Part shown: piece by piece, positions 61,734 to 64,000 of the stretch
Layout: each line of letters begins with the position of its first letter
How positions within the stretch are numbered: position 1 is the first letter of the stretch
Program-made: the position numbers and the translations under genes
Assembly: GCA_044892525.1 (NCBI GenBank)
Contig: CM097885.1
Span: forward strand, 47,803,727 to 47,867,726
Length of the DNA: 64,000 nucleotides
DNA from: Schmidtea polychroa
Lineage: Eukaryota
Direction of reading: 5' to 3'
Notes under the pieces: generated by a model
Told to the model about the DNA's origin: nothing
The model's database searches: none
Seen by the model: only the letters and a program-made list of their open reading frames with translations

Positions 61734-63966
61734 TTAAATTTGATCTTCGTCCCATTCGCTGTCGTCAAAACTGGGACTTGGAGCTGAACCGAATTCCTCA
61801 TCATATTCGCTTAATTCATCAACTTCTAAATAATGCCCAAATGCGTAACTTATGTTTTTGCCTAGCCACGCGCGCTTATCATCATTATTACTTAGGGCAA
61901 TTTTCGAATTTTTAAATGTAAAAAGTTGGTGATTTCTAGTACCTATTCTAGTCTGTGGTACAGAAATCACCTGATTTGAATTAAAGCAATTTAAATAGGA
62001 CTCATGATTTATTGATGTCCCAGGTAATTTAACCCCCTTCGCTTTTACCGTTTCCTTACTACCTAAAAGACTATAACATTTAGGGCGTAAGAAAACCCAT
62101 TCAGAATAACCTAATCCCTTGCTCTCATCTTTAAACTTCCCGATGACAGAGTCAAGGTTCCTATTATACAAGGGGTGTGTTGGATCGTAATTTGACTTAT
62201 CCAATAAATTATCCGAGATCATCTGAGGTAATAAAGTTGATAATTTTAAATTTTTTATTTCCAGAAAGAAACTGTCGGTATCACCGGCAATAATATTTAT
62301 AATACATTTATATTGTCGCCTGTACTTCTCCAAATCAATATATTGGAGCTGGTACATCCGCAGTTTAGACAGATCTAGTACTGTTTGACCGATGTAGCTA
62401 GGTCTGTCTAAACAAATTGAATCTTTTTCCAAATGTGCCGCAATCAGATCGTCATCGATTCTTATAGACTTTCTGAAAGTCGGCTTTGAGGAGTATACTA
62501 TCATCTTTTCGGATGAATTACACAACCTCAAATTCATTCGTTTTTTCAGATTTTCAACGGATTTACCGTACAGACTGTTATTATACAATTTAAACAAGTC
62601 CCTATATATTTCGCTAGTAGACTGAGATCGTAAAGTGGTGTTGGTGTCTATGTACGATTTAAAGATAGGTCCTTGTTTAAACTTTATACATCTATGAATA
62701 TTTACAACCACCCCACCTTATTCTATATACAATTTGAGAAGCCTCCAATGAAGAACATAGTTCCTCTTTGGCCAATGCGTAAGCATAAGCTTCTCAACTT
62801 TTGAATTAGGCGGGCACAACTTTTCCGGCGCAAGCGGAAAATCATTCAAAAAGTCATGCACACATTCCGGAATATCGATATCGACCTCCATAGTATACCC
62901 ATATGGAAGGTTATCAATATCCGTGTTCATACATTCAAGTAAAACATCATTCAAATTTTCATTCACCCAAGAAAAATCACCATACGGAAGATTTTGGCTA
63001 AGAGCCCAGCCATACAGATTATTAATATCAATGTACAATAATTCTGTATCATCTGAAGTAGCCGTGTAATGTTTGTTAACAAATGTTAACCCACCCCGGA
63101 TACCTCCCTCATAGAAATTATACATTTCCATGTCCTGCAAAAGTTCTATTGGTTCCGTTAATGTCATAAGCGCTGAGGCCCATGACATACCGGGAATCCC
63201 GTAGAAATTAAGAGGATCCAGACCATTGTAAGCAATTGCCTTACCGCGGAATTGCTGAAAATAGTCTGCGAGGAGGTATACGTCCAATTTTAGGTAGATT
63301 AACATATAATCTAACAAATTATTAGTTATGCTGACTCCAAATTAGTTGAGCCTCAGCGTACTGATCTTCCGTAACATCAGACCAAATAGGAGGTAATTCT
63401 AAAGTCGATTCAAGAACATCCAAAGAAGTAGCGAAATCATATGGAAAGATACCTTTAGAGTGAATCATCGACCCTTGAAAGACAGACGAAGTTAACGGAA
63501 AAGTAGTTAATGTTTTCACAGCTTTTGCTAAAGAACAATTAACAAATTGCATGCTGTCAATAAAACAAACAGGCAATTTGTTAATATATGCAATTAAAGA
63601 TATAAATTTTTCTGTAGAGGTAGGTATAATATTAAGTTCCCAAAGGGGAAAATCACTGAGACCATGTTTTAAAATATGGTGGAGGTCATAGCCTCGTAAA
63701 TTATGAAAGACTACTGGTAACAACTTATTAATCCTGCGAGAGACATTGCATTTCCTACATGCCGCTCCGACATATCTACCTGTAAAATTGCAATGATCTC
63801 TCACAGGATTAATAATGGCTTTTTTACACAAATAACAAATAGTGCTAGATCGAAAGGCACGCTCCTGAGCAAAAGAAAAAGTAGACATACCTTTATGACC
63901 TTCAAGTTCATAATATGGCAGGACAATTGTGACAGCAATTTCCTCCACTTTCCTCAAAAAATCCAA
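61734..63966 (-). pseudogene. Maverick 3 pPolB, disrupted
   Basis: FHNLRGYD, YIDINNLYG, KLYNNSLYGK and AGDTDS motifs, with an in-frame stop at 62718-62720 and a stop/frameshift at ~63318-63324. Confidence 0.9.
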
Positions 63967-64000
63967 AATACAATTAGGTCCAAAAAAATAATAATAAAAT

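Larger units (their letters stand above)
59132..64000. mobile_element. Maverick element 3, left part (runs beyond the window)
   Basis: Same layout as element 1: AGTA-starting end, C-tract, TGACTCA array, ATT tract and minus-strand pPolB. The exact terminus cannot be confirmed without the other end. Confidence 0.8.

Overview
Very AT-rich animal genomic DNA with many (AAT)n tracts and short ~44-64 nt GT-AG introns; a flatworm/planarian-like host is a guess. It holds one host gene, a two-exon Six1/2 (sine oculis class) homeobox gene at 43180-47914, and three distinct Polinton/Maverick endogenous DNA-virus elements. Element 1 (527-17791, 17,265 bp) is complete and looks intact, with ~0.66 kb terminal inverted repeats (AGTAGG...CCTACT) and a perfect 6-bp CGTAAT target-site duplication. 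It encodes pPolB, adenain-type protease, major and minor capsids, two core proteins, an integrase, and a packaging ATPase. Its accessory arm carries a compact TATA-binding-protein-like gene, a spliced Bcl-2-like gene and several small spliced or secreted orphans. Element 2 (~22030-28140) is a rearranged relic with an intron-containing pPolB split into two inverted halves. Element 3 (from ~59132 past the window end) has a broken pPolB and an IAP-type RING gene. The ends of all three elements carry arrays of transcription-factor-like motifs: TGACTCA, YCAAGGTCA and TTACGTAA. The rest is hAT, Merlin, pogo-like and LTR-gag debris plus MITEs. All homology calls come from motif recognition by eye; no searches were run.
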